This document shows, piece by piece, positions 14,101 through 27,441 of a stretch of 58,889 bases of DNA. Numbering within the stretch: the stretch's first letter is position 1; every line of letters begins with the position of its first letter. Position numbers and translations under genes: made by a program. The stretch is taken from NCBI GenBank assembly GCA_023231475.1, contig JALJEE010001494.1, positions 62,001 through 120,889 on the forward strand, read 5' to 3'. The stretch is from Seison nebaliae (lineage: Eukaryota). The notes beneath the pieces were generated by a model. That model made no database searches. It saw only the letters and a list, made by a program, of their open reading frames with translations, and was not told the DNA's origin.

Positions 14101-17100
14101 CTGGAGGTGGTATTATTCGGATAGAATTTCTTTCGATTGTTTTCCGAATAAGTGTTTGGCGATGTGGTATTAGAAGAATTCTTCAATTTATTTTGTTGCG
14201 ATTTAAACTTAATAAATTTCGGTCTCGTTCTCAAACGAGAAGAATTATCAGTCGTTAATTTCGATTCATCTTCCTTCTCATGTCGATTATAGAATGGTGT
14301 GATTGATGGAAGTGATTGTGGTGGTAATGATGATTGTGGTGCTGATTTGGACGATTGAATAGATGTTAATTTTGATGATTGAATATATGCAGATTTTGAT
14401 GGTTGAATAGGTGGTGGTGGTGGTGGTAGTCGTTGAATAAGTGTTGTATGGTCAGTTGACGTGGGTGTAGTTGGAATGATGATGTCTTCATTCGTCTCAA
14501 ACATTTCATGATTCATTTTCCAATCGTTCGAATTAACGGAGAGGAAAATGGAAGAATTCGATGATGTGCATGAAGATGATGCAGATGTGTAAGTCGTTGC
14601 ACACTTCTTAATAGGTGTGGTAATAGTAGTAGTAATAGTATTAGTAATAGTGGTAGTGGTAGTGGAAAGAGGAGAGGAAGGGGAAACAGGAAGAAATGAT
14701 GAAGTGCAAATATTTTCCTTATTACTGGAAAGAAATGACGAATTATTACTATTGATATTTGTAGAAGGTTGCTTAGCTATTACGAATGATGACGTTGGAG
14801 AGGATGATGATGCAGAAATGTAAGTCAACGATGATAAAGAAATGAAATTAGTAGATGTCGTTAATGATGTTGGTAACCATAGGAATGATTGTTCAGTTTC
14901 GGTGGAGGCATCATGTGTCATCGTTTTATTCATCTTATTTATTACATCGTCCTCACTCCTTATCTCATCAGAAAGAGAAGTGATTGGTCGATGACTTTCT
15001 TTCGCACCATCAACAACATTCTCATTCAACTGAATAGAGACGTTACTCCAATTATTTACATTGTCTCCAATGTCACCGTCATTATTATTATTATTATCAT
15101 TATTATTATTATTATTATTATTATGATGATGTGGACGTATTTCATCCGTCTCGCATGAGACATCTCTTATCAGGGTCGCCGATACTAAATGTGATTGCGA
15201 CGTTGTTGTATCTGATGAGGACGAGTCGATGGATTCATTCATCGACGATTTATCATCGAGAATTTTAGGAGGAGCGAAATGAATATTGTTTAAGTAGTGG
15301 TCGGTGGAAGAATGTGTTGGAAGGTTGTTTTTGTCAATGGGAGAAGTTAAATAAAAATATTCTCGTGGAAGAGTTGGAGGTGCACGTGGAGATGGACAAT
15401 TACTATTCGAATTATTTATTGACACATTCACTTGACATTGAGGTAATTGTCGCGTTAAATGGTGGATGTAAGACGATTTGGAATGTCGACGACGATGACG
15501 AGCACGACCACGACGTTCATCCTCATGATAATGATGGTGGTGATGATGATGATGATGATGACGGAGATCAGATGATCGAACTCCTAATTTCTTTTTGCGA
15601 CGTTCCGATTCTGATAATGTTGATGGTGAAGAGGATGAATTAGATGAAATGGAATAAGATATAGAATCAGATGATGTATTGTCATCATAATATTTTGAAT
15701 TTTTTCCATTTTCTGATATATTCGTTATTGATGTTATATTGTTGGAATGTGATGAATGATTGTTGATATTATTCTTCTTTAAACCATTCTCTCCATATGA
15801 GAGATTGGAGACATTTTCATTCAATTTACCATCATCACTTAGGGAATTTGATGGTAGAATATTGATGAAAGATGAATTATTATCATCAGTGGAATGATAT
15901 GTGATAGATTCAGTTCGATGGATAATCGATTCTTTCGAATGACGAAATAATTCATTTGAATATTGGTCAATGGAATGACGATATGGGATTCTATTGTCAT
16001 TATATAACTCCTCAATAATATGGGGAGGCATTCGATCTGTTGACATTGTCATCAATCCATCATCGCGAATACTGTGACGATATGGATCAGTTGAACGACT
16101 ACCTCTCAATGAAGTAGAAGAATGATGATGAATAGGACGGAATGATGATGTGACTGATAAAAAATTATTATTTATCATTTCTCTTAATGTAGTTAGAGAA
16201 GATGGTGGCGGTGATGATGTCGTTGTTGTTGTTGGTAATAATATATTGTGGGAGGATGAAGGTCGTTGCATTTTGTTGACACAATTATCTTTATCATTTC
16301 GTTGAACAATTTCACCGTTCGAACATGTAATAAATGTATCGAATGATGAAGACAACGATCCTATTGTTGTGTTAGTTTGAAACGGTATATATGTTCCTAC
16401 TAATGATGTCGATTGTTCGATCGATATCGGAGGAGGACGAACAGGTGACGACGGTTTCCCCCCTTCTAACAAACATGATAATGGTGATGACGTTCTCTTC
16501 TGTCCCTTTATTCCTTCCTCATTATTCTGATAATTGGAAAAACGAGATATATGATGATTGGAAGATTGATGATTATAAGGATTCCATATAACATCATTAA
16601 CATAATATCGATTCTCATCATAATTGATAGAATCGCTCGATGGAATTCGAGATTGAGCTGAATAGAAATTTCCTGATGATTCTGATGATGATCTCATTGT
16701 CATTCGTGTTGGCACCGTCGATTTTGGAAGATGATAACGACAAGTACTATATCTATTAATCGTATCGTTGTTGTTATTGTTGTTATTGTTATTGTTGTTG
16801 TTGAGGTTTGATGGATGAGTGGAATTGAAGAGAATTGTGTTGGTGGAAGATGTTTGAGATAGTTGTCGGAAGAGACATTGATAATAAGGTGGATGATTAA
16901 AATAAATAGATTTATTCAAATTATCAAATGTGTTGACTGGTGGTGGTAATGGTACGGGTGGGGAAGTATAAGATGGAAGTGTACGATTCTTATTTAAAAA
17001 GTCATCATCATTTCGATGACGAATATTATAAGAATTCTTCAATGAATTCTTACTTCGAATAATCTGATGTAAATGATCATTCACTAATGACGTGAATGGT

Positions 17101-20100
17101 ACTTTGTCTTCTCTTCTCCATTCATCTTCATATGACGATTGTGTTCTTGTGGAATTATTCAAAAGTTTTCCGAAAACATCTGATGGAGAAACAGCTGGAA
17201 GGTTGGAAGAAATCGAGGTTCTTCTTTCGGAATACGTCGTCGGAATTGATGTCATTATTGTTCTTCTTTCCGTCGATGTATTCGTCGATGAGGTAACGGG
17301 AGGAGATGAATTTATGATATTCTCTCGTGTCGTTATCGATATGGAAGACAATGTGGACAATGTCGTTAATGATTCATTCAATTCTTTCTTCTCCACATCA
17401 TTTCCATTCAATCTTATTCTTCCTGTTGTCGCAATGGGAGAAGGAGAAGTTGTGTAAATAATATTTTCATTCATTCGCTCGTTTATGTCACTTGGAATGG
17501 CGAAGGTCAACACCAATCCCCCACTACTACTACTACTACAACTACTATTACAACTATTAGTATTAATGGCAGTAGGAGAAACATCAGGAGATGAATAGCC
17601 ATTAAATGAAGGAATGTTATTGTTTTTGTTGTTGTTGGGGAATTGAAATTTTGAAGGAGAATAACGTTCATTTAATTCTTTCTTATTCTCCGATATAATA
17701 TCAACATTCGATGATTGATCGCCTCTTTCCATTTGATGGAAATTCTCTTTTCTCACCATCTCCTTCTCATCCATCAATTCTTTATGATTTTGTCGTCGTC
17801 CTTCATCCTCTTCTTCTTCTTCTTCCTCTTCCTCCTCCTCTTCTTCTACCTTATCCATTGGCGAAAGTTTGCTTATACTTGCACCATCATCTTTTCCCTC
17901 ATCATCATCGTCATCGTCATCCCAGTTGCCATGACGACTAACTGTTGACAATGCTTTTTGTGAATTGAAACAATATGGCGAAACATTGATGGCACTATCC
18001 TTTTCTGAAATATTTGGAGATTTATGTTGAATAATCACTTGTAAGTTACCCTCATCATTCGACGACGACGACAACGACGGTGAAGTATGTCGAAGAGACG
18101 TCGACAAATTCTCATTACCATTCTCAATCATTTCACTCGAATCGCCAATCGTCGTTTGTACAGTAACTGGAGTAAAAGAATTCAACGAACTATTATTCTC
18201 TTTCACATCCTCATCATTAAATGATCTCGACGTCGTTGTTGTTGTTGTTGTTGTTGTTGTTGATAAATTCATTTCATTTAAATTCATCGAATTATTATTA
18301 ATTTGAGTAATTTTGATAATTTTCGAAAATTCATTTTTATTTTCTACCAAATTTATATACTCTTCATCACTCGTTTCTTCTTCTTTTCCAGTTTCCATCA
18401 CTTCATTTGACAAAACAAATGATGATAATGAATCGACCGGTATTTTTGTTGGTGATAAATCGTTATGAAATAATTTTAATTTCGATTCAACATTCTCATC
18501 AACAACATCTTCTTTCTCATTCATCTTTTTATAGTTTTCATTCAGACAATTCTCCAAGAAACGATCAACATCTCCTTTTTTCGATGGGAATGAAATATTC
18601 GTCCTTCTTTCCATTCTCTTATTGAGACGACAATTCTCATTCCCTTTCTTACATAAAGATGGTTCTCTCGAAATAATATCAATAATTCGAACAGTCTCTC
18701 CAGCCGAATCATCAAACGATTTCATTCGAACTTCCTTCCTACGTTTCCGATTTCTTCCACTACGTCGTCTCAATGAACGAGTTCGATGTTGTCCCAAAGG
18801 ATTGATAGAGATCGATAAATCTTTTGATTTACAAATACATTCAAAATTGATTTTTGATGGAAATGGTGTTTCAACATTCGCTCGAATTGAATTATGTCGT
18901 TTGTCTATATCAGTTTCAGAGGTGGATATAAAACCATTTGATGATGATGATGATGATCTTATTGTATTGTTAGATGAAGTAGAAGTCGATTCATTTGACG
19001 ATAAATTTTGATTTTTTCGAACAATTTTCATTTTTCTCGATATTCTCCTCACTGATCCTTTTCCTGCTGACGTCGTACTGATATAAGAGGAGTTGGTGGA
19101 ATGTTCGATCGATTCATCTCTCACTTCATTATCATCTTCTATTCGATACATACAATAAGTAGACAACAATTGAGTTTCAGCCATGGCCAATCCAAAATTA
19201 TTCTTTTGTTCAATTGAATGATTGAGAGTTGTCCGTTCGAATCTTTCTATACTTCCATCATTTATCTCATTCAAATCGTCACAATTCTTTCGGAGTGAAT
19301 CTCTCAAATGAGATTTGATCGTTTGAGATTGATTGTTATTCCTTAAACGGATCTCATCCAAATACTCTTCTTGATTCATTCTCGATTATTTCACAATTCT
19401 TTCCGAATTCAATATTCGTATATATGCTTTTCCAACGGAATTATTTCATATATATAAATTCCATTATTCGTTTATCTTTTCACAATTTATCGACGAGATC
19501 CAATTAGGAAATGAAATTATTATTCTTTTTCTAGATGTTTCTATGGGAAACTTTTTGTTTTTCCTTCAAATAATCTAATTCATTAGAATGGAAGTGAGTT
19601 GATGAATTAGATTGAGAAAGAAATCGATTCTCCTCCATTAATTAGTCGTAGGAGCAAATAGAAAAGAAAATTATTTTGGGGAAATTATAATACTCTTCTT
19701 GTTTCTTTTACCACAACACCACCTAAATGGAAATAAATCACTTTAACAATTACCTATTGTCGTTAATCATCTGAAGTTCCGTTGTGATGCTATTCCTCTA
19801 CTTCGTCCTGATAATGATGATGATAATGATAATAATAATAATAATAATATACACGCTTCCTATTAAACGTTACGTGTAATATAATAGAAATTAATTTGTA
19901 TGTACAGCTCATTCAATTCACATAATTATTCACATTCTGGTCACTTCGTCTCATTCACTCACTCACACCACCATCGTCGTCACATTAGGACATCTGATAT
20001 TTAATAATAACGTTATTATTATTATTATTATTATTATTATTGTTGTGGTTGTGGTTGTTGAATGAATATATCATTTAGAAGTCTATGACATAATAATATC

Positions 20101-23100
20101 TAGGAATAGGATACTTTTGACATGAACACACTACTACACTCGCTGATGATGATTCCATAAAAAAATGGTTATTTTCCAGATTTTATTCAATTAAAAAATA
20201 ATTAATTTTTTTAATGAATTTCTTTCAGAAACACTTCAATTGGAATTATGTAGGGAAAGAATTAAAGTATATTTCAGTGTAATGAAATAAAGAAGAGAAT
20301 ATATTTGTAAAAAAGGAACCATCATCATCATCACTCTTCCACATTTTTACGTGGCTTTCAAGTGGAAGATGCGCGTCGTTCAACCTAACTACTTCGCCTC
20401 CTCGTAAGGAAGGATAGAGTAATGGGAAAAACGTTGGGAAGAAGAACAAACGAAAAAGAATACTATAACTTATCAATTTACATAAGAATTAGAAATAGAG
20501 AATAATTTCGAAAGAAATTTCTCTTATCTGTCCCTCTGATCGACACTCCACAATTCCACATGTTCTCCAACACTCGAGACAAATGGGAGAATTGTTGCGA
20601 GAGAGAATGTTTTCTTATCATCGTGTGAATTCTATCAAATATCTTCATATTTAAAATTCAATTTGTTATTGAAAAGATTTGAGAAAATTTTCTTTCTGAT
20701 AATTTTCAAGAGAGAAGGAAAATTCCGATTAGGAAGATCGTTCGCAATTCGGAGGAGGATTCTCTTTTAATTCGAAGGAGGAATAACATTTCGGTTGGAA
20801 ATGAAAGACGATTATTATAAAACGGATGAAAGTTAAATCGTCGAACGAGAAAGAAGAACATACATCGATAAAAGAAGGAAAACATGAGTCGAATCTAAAG
20901 TGATTTGGATTTGAGGAGAGAATAAATTTGGGAATAAAGAACAACCGAATAAAAATATATCCATGAAAATATTATGTGAGAATGATGTAACAATTCTATC
21001 ACGATTTTAGACGTTCGATCTACTTTCAATTTTTAATACATTTTCCCCCCCTCAATGCAAATGGAGACACATGTGTCTCTCTTATGAACAATGAGAAACG
21101 ACGACAATAAATTCAATAAACTTCTCCCAACAACTAACCAACCAACTAACTAACTAACTAACGTCAATTGATGTGAAAGGAGACAAATGAAATTGACGAC
21201 GACGACGACATCGACGACTACTTAGCTAAATTTATAGTTTTGAAAGAAAGAAATTCTTGGTTCTTACGTAGCGCGAGTAAATGGAGTTGACCTATTCGAA
21301 AAGTCAGTTATATAGAAATAAACCTTTGTTTCGAGATGAAGTGGATAGGCAAAAGAAATTGAGATAAATTACATAACTATTTAAAAAACTATATTTCTGT
21401 CTATTTGCCAATTGAGGAAAATTATTTTATAAGAAATTTAATTGATTTCCATCTTCCATCCGTTTCTCGATGAAATTGGATCGTGGGAATTTCAAGAAAT
21501 TTACTTGAAAGAAATTAGATATCCGGTCATCAAAATGATGATGATGATGATTCGACCAGAAATTCTTTCATTAAATCATTCGATAAATCATTCAGACAGA
21601 CTACGAACAATAATTAAAGAGAGTTGAGGAGAAGAAATGAGAGAAATGGATTAATCAATCGTAGATTACTCTTAATGCATTGCAGATTAATGACATTGCA
21701 TTCGATTGAATAAAGTAAAGTTAATTGACCTAAATCGCTCTAGATTATTCTTAAAATCAAGAGATGAATCATCAATCAGACGTTGGTTATGGTTATGGTA
21801 ATGGTGAGGAGAACAATTGAGTTGGATAGGAAAGACGATTTTCTTCATTATAAGATGAGTTGAAGATAATAGAAATGGTGAAATCAATTGAAAGAAATGG
21901 ACATTTAGAAATGAAACTATTCTTCATAATTATCAGATCAAACTTCTTTCATCCATTTCACCATTATAACGACAATCTATCTATATGGCGATAAATAAAA
22001 TGAAAACTATTCTTTCTTTTTCATCGTTAATTCGAACGAATTGAAAACAAATAAACATCATTTTTCGTCGTTAAAGAAGAAGAAGAAGAAGAAGAAGAAG
22101 AAGAAGAAGAAGAAGAAGAAGAATAAGAGAACATAATAAATTGATTTTGCAAGAAGTGAAGGATGAAACTCAACTGACGACTAATGATGATATAAGAATG
22201 GTTAGGGAATCGCATAGAAAGGAAAGAATATTAAATTAAATAGTTCATCTCATTTCGCAGGAAAATTTACATAAGAAAAAAGGAAAACTTATTCGGAACA
22301 GGCATCACCTTTCACAAACGAACACATCTGTTGATGAACGGAATCCTAATAATTTTCTCCCTCCCACTCAATAAATCTCATTGAGAATAAATCGGGAGAA
22401 TAAAAAATGAGTTTAGAGACTCGAATTGAAATTGAAAATAATAAAAATTGAAATTGAATTGAAGAGAAATTCGAGAATTTTATATATCGAAAATTATTTG
22501 ACTACTTTCCGATTTGAAGTGAGACGATTAAAAAATGGAAATTATATGTCGATTCAAATTTCGTTCTTAAGTGATAACCATTTCAAGATAGATAAACAGT
22601 AAGACGTCTATATAAGTTTGGTGTGAGAAAAGTTGTCGGAAGTTTCTTGTCAAAAATGAAGTAGATATCTCTCTCAATTACCATCGGAGATTGGGAGGAG
22701 AATGAGAGGAAGAAAATCATTAGAATTGGAAACTTTAATGAATTCTCTCAAATCTTCAAAAATTTAATCACTTTCCACATAAATTTACTATAATTCAATT
22801 TTTACAGAGACAAATCAAAAGACGTATAAAATAGTTGGTTTAGATTAAAAGGAGCGTTTATGAATTGAAAGACCACATCAAATATGATTATCTTAGTCGT
22901 GCTTATATGTCGTCAATGAGAAGAAATTATATAATTACTAATTTTATTATTGTTGTTCTTGTTGTCGTTAAGAGCGATTCCTTCTTCATTCTGTTTACAT
23001 AAGAAGGTGAGAGATTGACACGAATGATAGTGACGAATGTGGAAATATTATTTTGTTTATTAGACAACTATATGGATGGTAAGGAAATAGATGTTAATTT

Positions 23101-26100
23101 TATGATGAAACATGGAAACTTATCACTAGTGAGCGTGTACGGAGGGAATGGCAGAGCACATCAACTTATCAATTAATAAATTTTCTTCTATTTCTCCTCC
23201 TCTTCACTCACATCCCCCCCTTCTCATACACAAATAAATAACATTCTCCGATACTTCACTTTATTAGAAATCATAAAAGAAATTTAAGAGAATTTACAAT
23301 TGAAGAATTTAGTTAGTTATCTTTCTTTCTTTCTTCCTTTCCCACCTCATTCCCACAACTCATCGAAATGGGCAGGTAGGTGGTGAGGAAGAATGAAATC
23401 CTCACAAATTCCCCTCAATGGGAAATGATAAGATTTCGTAATAAAACTAAAAATTTCCATTATTACTCATCATCATTATTTATACTTACACTTCTTCACC
23501 ATCTCATCTCCTATACCAGAAAAGCATTGTCGACTGATAATAAATCATGAAATGTTCGTGACATATCTCACAACTTCCAACAATATATCATCTCCATAAA
23601 TTTATTAGAAGTGGAAGAACATTCCACATCAAACGAACCTTATCATCATCGAGTGGACGAATTGAATTCATAAGTGTGACCTTCTCAACACTCCAATTTT
23701 ATGAATAATGTCCACGTCCGTTCCCATTTTCATTGACGTTAAAAACGTCCTTTAATTTTGTTGAGAAACGGATATTTTTCCGATGAAAAATAAAAATTTA
23801 ATTTTCTCATTTTTTTTATCTCCTAAATTTCATATTCCACATTAATGGAATTTTTTTTAAATTTTTTAAATTAAAATTTTTTTCAATTTTCTTTTTAAAA
23901 TAAGTCATAAAAATAAATTTTTTGAAGAAACACATGTTTTCGATGAAGAATAATAAAATTTCGCTAACCGTTAAGTAATCCAGGTGATTGCATCATTTCT
24001 TTATCATTCTTAACGAGATTATGTTCTTTATAATCAGTTAACGGATCAAATTTGATTTTAGTAAATGGATTTTGTCCTGAAGAATTTCCATGAAAAAAAA
24101 GTGAAAACCATACAAATAAATGAACCTTTCATTTCCTGCATGACTTGTAAATTGTGTTGTGCTTCCTTTCGGATGATAGCACGACTTGCTGGTGTTACAA
24201 TAAATGCTTCTGGTTCCTATATGATAAAATTGAATGGAAAACAATAAAAAAAGAAGAGGAACTAATGGCGAATTGATATCGGGAGGATATGAGATCAATG
24301 ACATATTATTGGACATGTTAGTTTCATTGAGGATTTTGGATGTGTGTCCAGAATCGATTTTATTTTGTATTGATGCTTGTTGCATCAATTGTCGTTTACT
24401 ATTTAATTCTTCTTTATTGTGTAATTTGACGAAATTGTGTTTTGATTCTAATTTGAGTGGAGTACTCGATTTATCAATACCATCATTATTTTGAACCCAA
24501 GTCGTATAAGTGGAAATCTCTCCATTATGAGACGATCCGATTTCCTTCAATTCTTTCTTCGTATAAACATTCGGCGAATTTAACCATTCGCCATCATGTC
24601 GAATCGAATTTCCATGTCCGTTTGCCACACCAGTACATGTCGGTGGTAATTTCACATCAGAAGCTGTTCCATTTTTATTTAATCGTCTCGTTATCGGTTT
24701 GCGGTATATGTAACCGGTACGATAACCGGCATTATCGAGACATCTCATCAACGCTTCGAAATCCATTTCGCCCAATTTCCATTTGTGCTCTCCATTGTCA
24801 ATTCCAGTAATACATTTACCAATCGTTCCACGTTCAATTCGTTCACGAACTTGTTGTTGAGATGCTTTGGAAGGTCGATGTAACTTATCCACATCTCCAC
24901 CAACAGCTGATAACGATTTAATTTGACGACGACAAGCAACCACTAAATTCACACAATAATACCATGCTTCTTCGATTGTTTCTCCACAACATAAAACTCC
25001 TGAATTAATGAGAAATAAAATTTTGTTGAGTGATCCCAAATTACGAATGAGAATTGCTTTCTCTTCATCGTTCATTAACATTCCATAGAATTCATGATAG
25101 GAGCAATTTGAACAAATCATACTCTCTTGACTCAATGCCAACAATCCACATTTCATATTCGATACACTGATGATATCGTCATTCTGTAAATAAATGATAC
25201 ATTTGATATCTGGTCTCGCTTCTTGAATACTAGCATGAATCGTAAAGATTCCTTTATTCACTCCGAAGGTGGTAGAACCTTCATCTAAAATATTTCCATC
25301 TAAATCTAATCGAATTAATGATGAAGCTGTTATTTCATGATATAATAATCCGAATGGATTCGTTAAAAAATGTTGTGTTTCCGAACAAATTCTCAACTAG
25401 AAATATTAATGTAAATAAAAATTTGGAGATGAAGGATTAATGAATGGAAAATAATGGAATAGAAACCGTTATATTATTATGAATTCCATTCGTCCATCCA
25501 AACATATCGATCAATCGGAATAATGATGCCAATTTACATCTCGTTAATCGTTCACCTTTCGAATATAACGCCGTATCACAACCACGAATATCATTTATCG
25601 GAATCACCACATGACCTGCACGAAAAATGCACATTTTATTAATTTCTAATTTTCCCATTTTTTTCCACAAAATAATTATAAAATATTTCTTCAATTAACG
25701 GATGATGTGGAAATAAATGGAAAATATAAGATAACACTCTTCCGTCGATTCTGGAATTATGGAATCGATCAATGAAAAAGAAGAAAATGTGTCGATGGAA
25801 AAAAAAATCAAAAATTTTCTAGAAATCGAAAGAAAGAAGCAGGACAGAATAACGAAATTCACAAATTCTCTAATTCTCTCCCATCGAAGTAGTTCACATG
25901 CAATCGAAAGTCACAAAACGTTTCCATTCTAGACACAAATATGTTTAAAAAAAAAAAATGATGGAAATAATTCTATGATCATATTACCTCGACTAGTAAA
26001 TTTTCGTTCTTTTTTATAAGAAAAAAAAATATTTTAAAAAAAAATATTTTAAAAAAAAATTGTTCGAAAGATAATTATGAGGGAGAAGTAGAATTGATGG

Positions 26101-26457
26101 AATTAATGAGAACAAACCTCGATTTGACATGTTCATGGCATTCGAATATTTTGATGAAGATGCAGCTCGTTGAGATGGTAATAACATTTCACTAATTTGC
26201 TGTAAGGCGATTAATGAGTGTGGATGTGGTCCATGACGTTGTTGATCAGCGATAATCGCTTCCAATTCATCGCAGAATGCCTGAGAATTCAATATCATAG
26301 TGACACGTTGACGTTGGACCATTTGTCTCATATCTTCTTTCACATCAGCTGGTCGCTGTAAATCTTTCATTTGTTCATGATTCAACATCTCTTCGTCGAT
26401 TTGGGAATCGTGAAAATGACCGTTTTGAATAACGTCGCCCATTCCATTGTTTTTCAT
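8879..26457 (-). CDS. Adducin (hts-like), ~725 aa, 7 core exons spanning a 14.7-kb intron
   Basis: Exons 26457-26118, 25615-25467, 25396-24263, 24216-24126, 24076-23969, 9290-9127, 9070-8879, all phase-consistent GT-AG. Head motifs RPADVKEDM, RCKLASLFRLIDMFGW, NPFGLLYHEITASSL, FEALMRCLDNAGYRTGY, WLNSPNVY, NPF. The last exon encodes the MARCKS-related motif RRKKSKFRTPSFFLKR. Confidence 0.9.
9411..9590. repeat. AT-rich minisatellite, ~49-bp period, 3-4 degenerate copies
   Basis: TCACATAAACTTT...AAAATATGAAAAA recurs at ~9439, 9488 and 9538, with a truncated copy at ~9575. A shorter AAAAAATTTTAGAAAATT repeat precedes it at 9310-9400. Confidence 0.8.
10167..19379 (-). CDS. Giant intronless 3070-aa ORF of unknown function (low-complexity, with coiled coil), inside adducin intron 5
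   Basis: 9.2 kb without a stop in AT-rich DNA is not credible as chance. Contains S/N/T/Q/H/D/E homopolymer runs, an E/K coiled coil (~11700-12300) and a more ordered C-terminal segment. An in-frame TAA sits 3 codons upstream of the ATG. No transposase or RT motifs seen. Confidence 0.85.
19537..19551. promoter_or_regulatory. X-box-like palindrome (candidate RFX site) upstream of the giant ORF
   Basis: GTTTCT-ATG-GGAAAC (3-nt spacer), ~160 bp upstream of ATG 19379. Confidence 0.35.
21268..21291 (-). CDS. Candidate 24-nt adducin cassette microexon
   Basis: Minus strand: taactgacttttcgaatAG|GT CAA CTC CAT TTA CTC GCG CTA C|GTAAGA. Phase 1-1, matching the host intron, with no stop. Confidence 0.45.
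22074..22123. repeat. (GAA)n microsatellite
   Basis: About 16 tandem GAA units. Confidence 0.95.
23490..23510 (-). CDS. Candidate 21-nt adducin cassette microexon
   Basis: Minus strand: tgcttttctggtatAG|GA GAT GAG ATG GTG AAG AAG T|GTAAGT. Phase 1-1, no stop, perfect donor. Confidence 0.5.
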
Positions 26458-27384
26458 TTGAACTGGAAAATTTTAGAAAATTTTTTTTATTAAAAATTTT
26501 AAAACTTTCAATATTTTCTGTCATGACGTCCACACAGTTCTCTTGATATAATACTACTTTTTGAAATGTCTCCAACAAGAAGAAAGGAGAGTGGATGAAA
26601 AAAGAATGAAATCTAAAAATGGAAAAATAGTTTTTGTGTGTCGATATAGAGAAATTAGGAGAATTGAGAGAATTGGATGAATCGAATGGATTTTTGATGA
26701 AAGAACGTGAATGATGATGGCGAAGACGAATTAGAGAAACGATCGAATTTAGATGGTTATTGGGAAATTTCAATCAAAATTTCTAGTTGTCTTTTTAATT
26801 GGCGAGATGTGATATGGGAGAGCGAAAAGTAGAAGAGAATATTTACTTCGTTTTCTCCACATACTCCCCCGTCAATAAGACGATGTCAATGATGTTAATG
26901 GACTTTAGCAGATGATAATGTTTCTATTTGATTGGCGTTTGTCATTTGTTGGAGGGGGAGAGCAAATTAAACTGGCGAGTTGAATGATTGATGTTGAAAG
27001 GAACTCGTATTCATCTTTATGAGATGGTGATAATACTTCGTCATATCAAAAAAAGAATTGATAAGAAAAATAGAATTTATTTAAAAACAGATTTCTTTTG
27101 AGAAATTTCAAATTTTTAATCGATGGAATACATAATGAGAATGGAGTAATTGATAGATGGGCAGAGGAGAGTCATGTGCATTCCGAATACTATAAACCGA
27201 TTGTAGTTACCTCACAATGCATGGAAGATATTAATAATTTTTATTCACTCATATCCTCACTGATTTGCATTGGAGAATTCATTCAATTAATTTCGGAATA
27301 TAAAGAAAAGAATTCGGAGGGAATAAAATAGAAAATGGGAGGAATAGAATGAAATTGACAGACAGACAGACAAGCCAAAATACA

Positions 27385-27398
27385 GAGAGAAAGAGAGA

Positions 27399-27433
<35 letters not shown>
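27385..27433. repeat. (GA)n microsatellite
   Basis: Imperfect GA dinucleotide run. Confidence 0.9.

Positions 27434-27441
<8 letters not shown>

Noticed and set aside
17925..17938. X-box-like GTTGCCATGACGAC
   Set aside because: Imperfect half-site lying within coding sequence, far from any start.
11625..19011. Many plus-strand ORFs overlapping the giant ORF
   Set aside because: Antisense shadows of low-complexity codon runs (poly-I, F, V, H); no independent signals.
10167..19379. Giant ORF as a transposon or viral insertion
   Set aside because: No RT, integrase, transposase or capsid motifs, no LTR/TIR seen, and composition matches host disordered proteins such as the mGluR tail.
19712..19808. 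Exon-like segments upstream of the giant ORF
   Set aside because: The larger segment has stops in all three frames and would need a 31-nt intron; possibly 5'UTR but unsupported.
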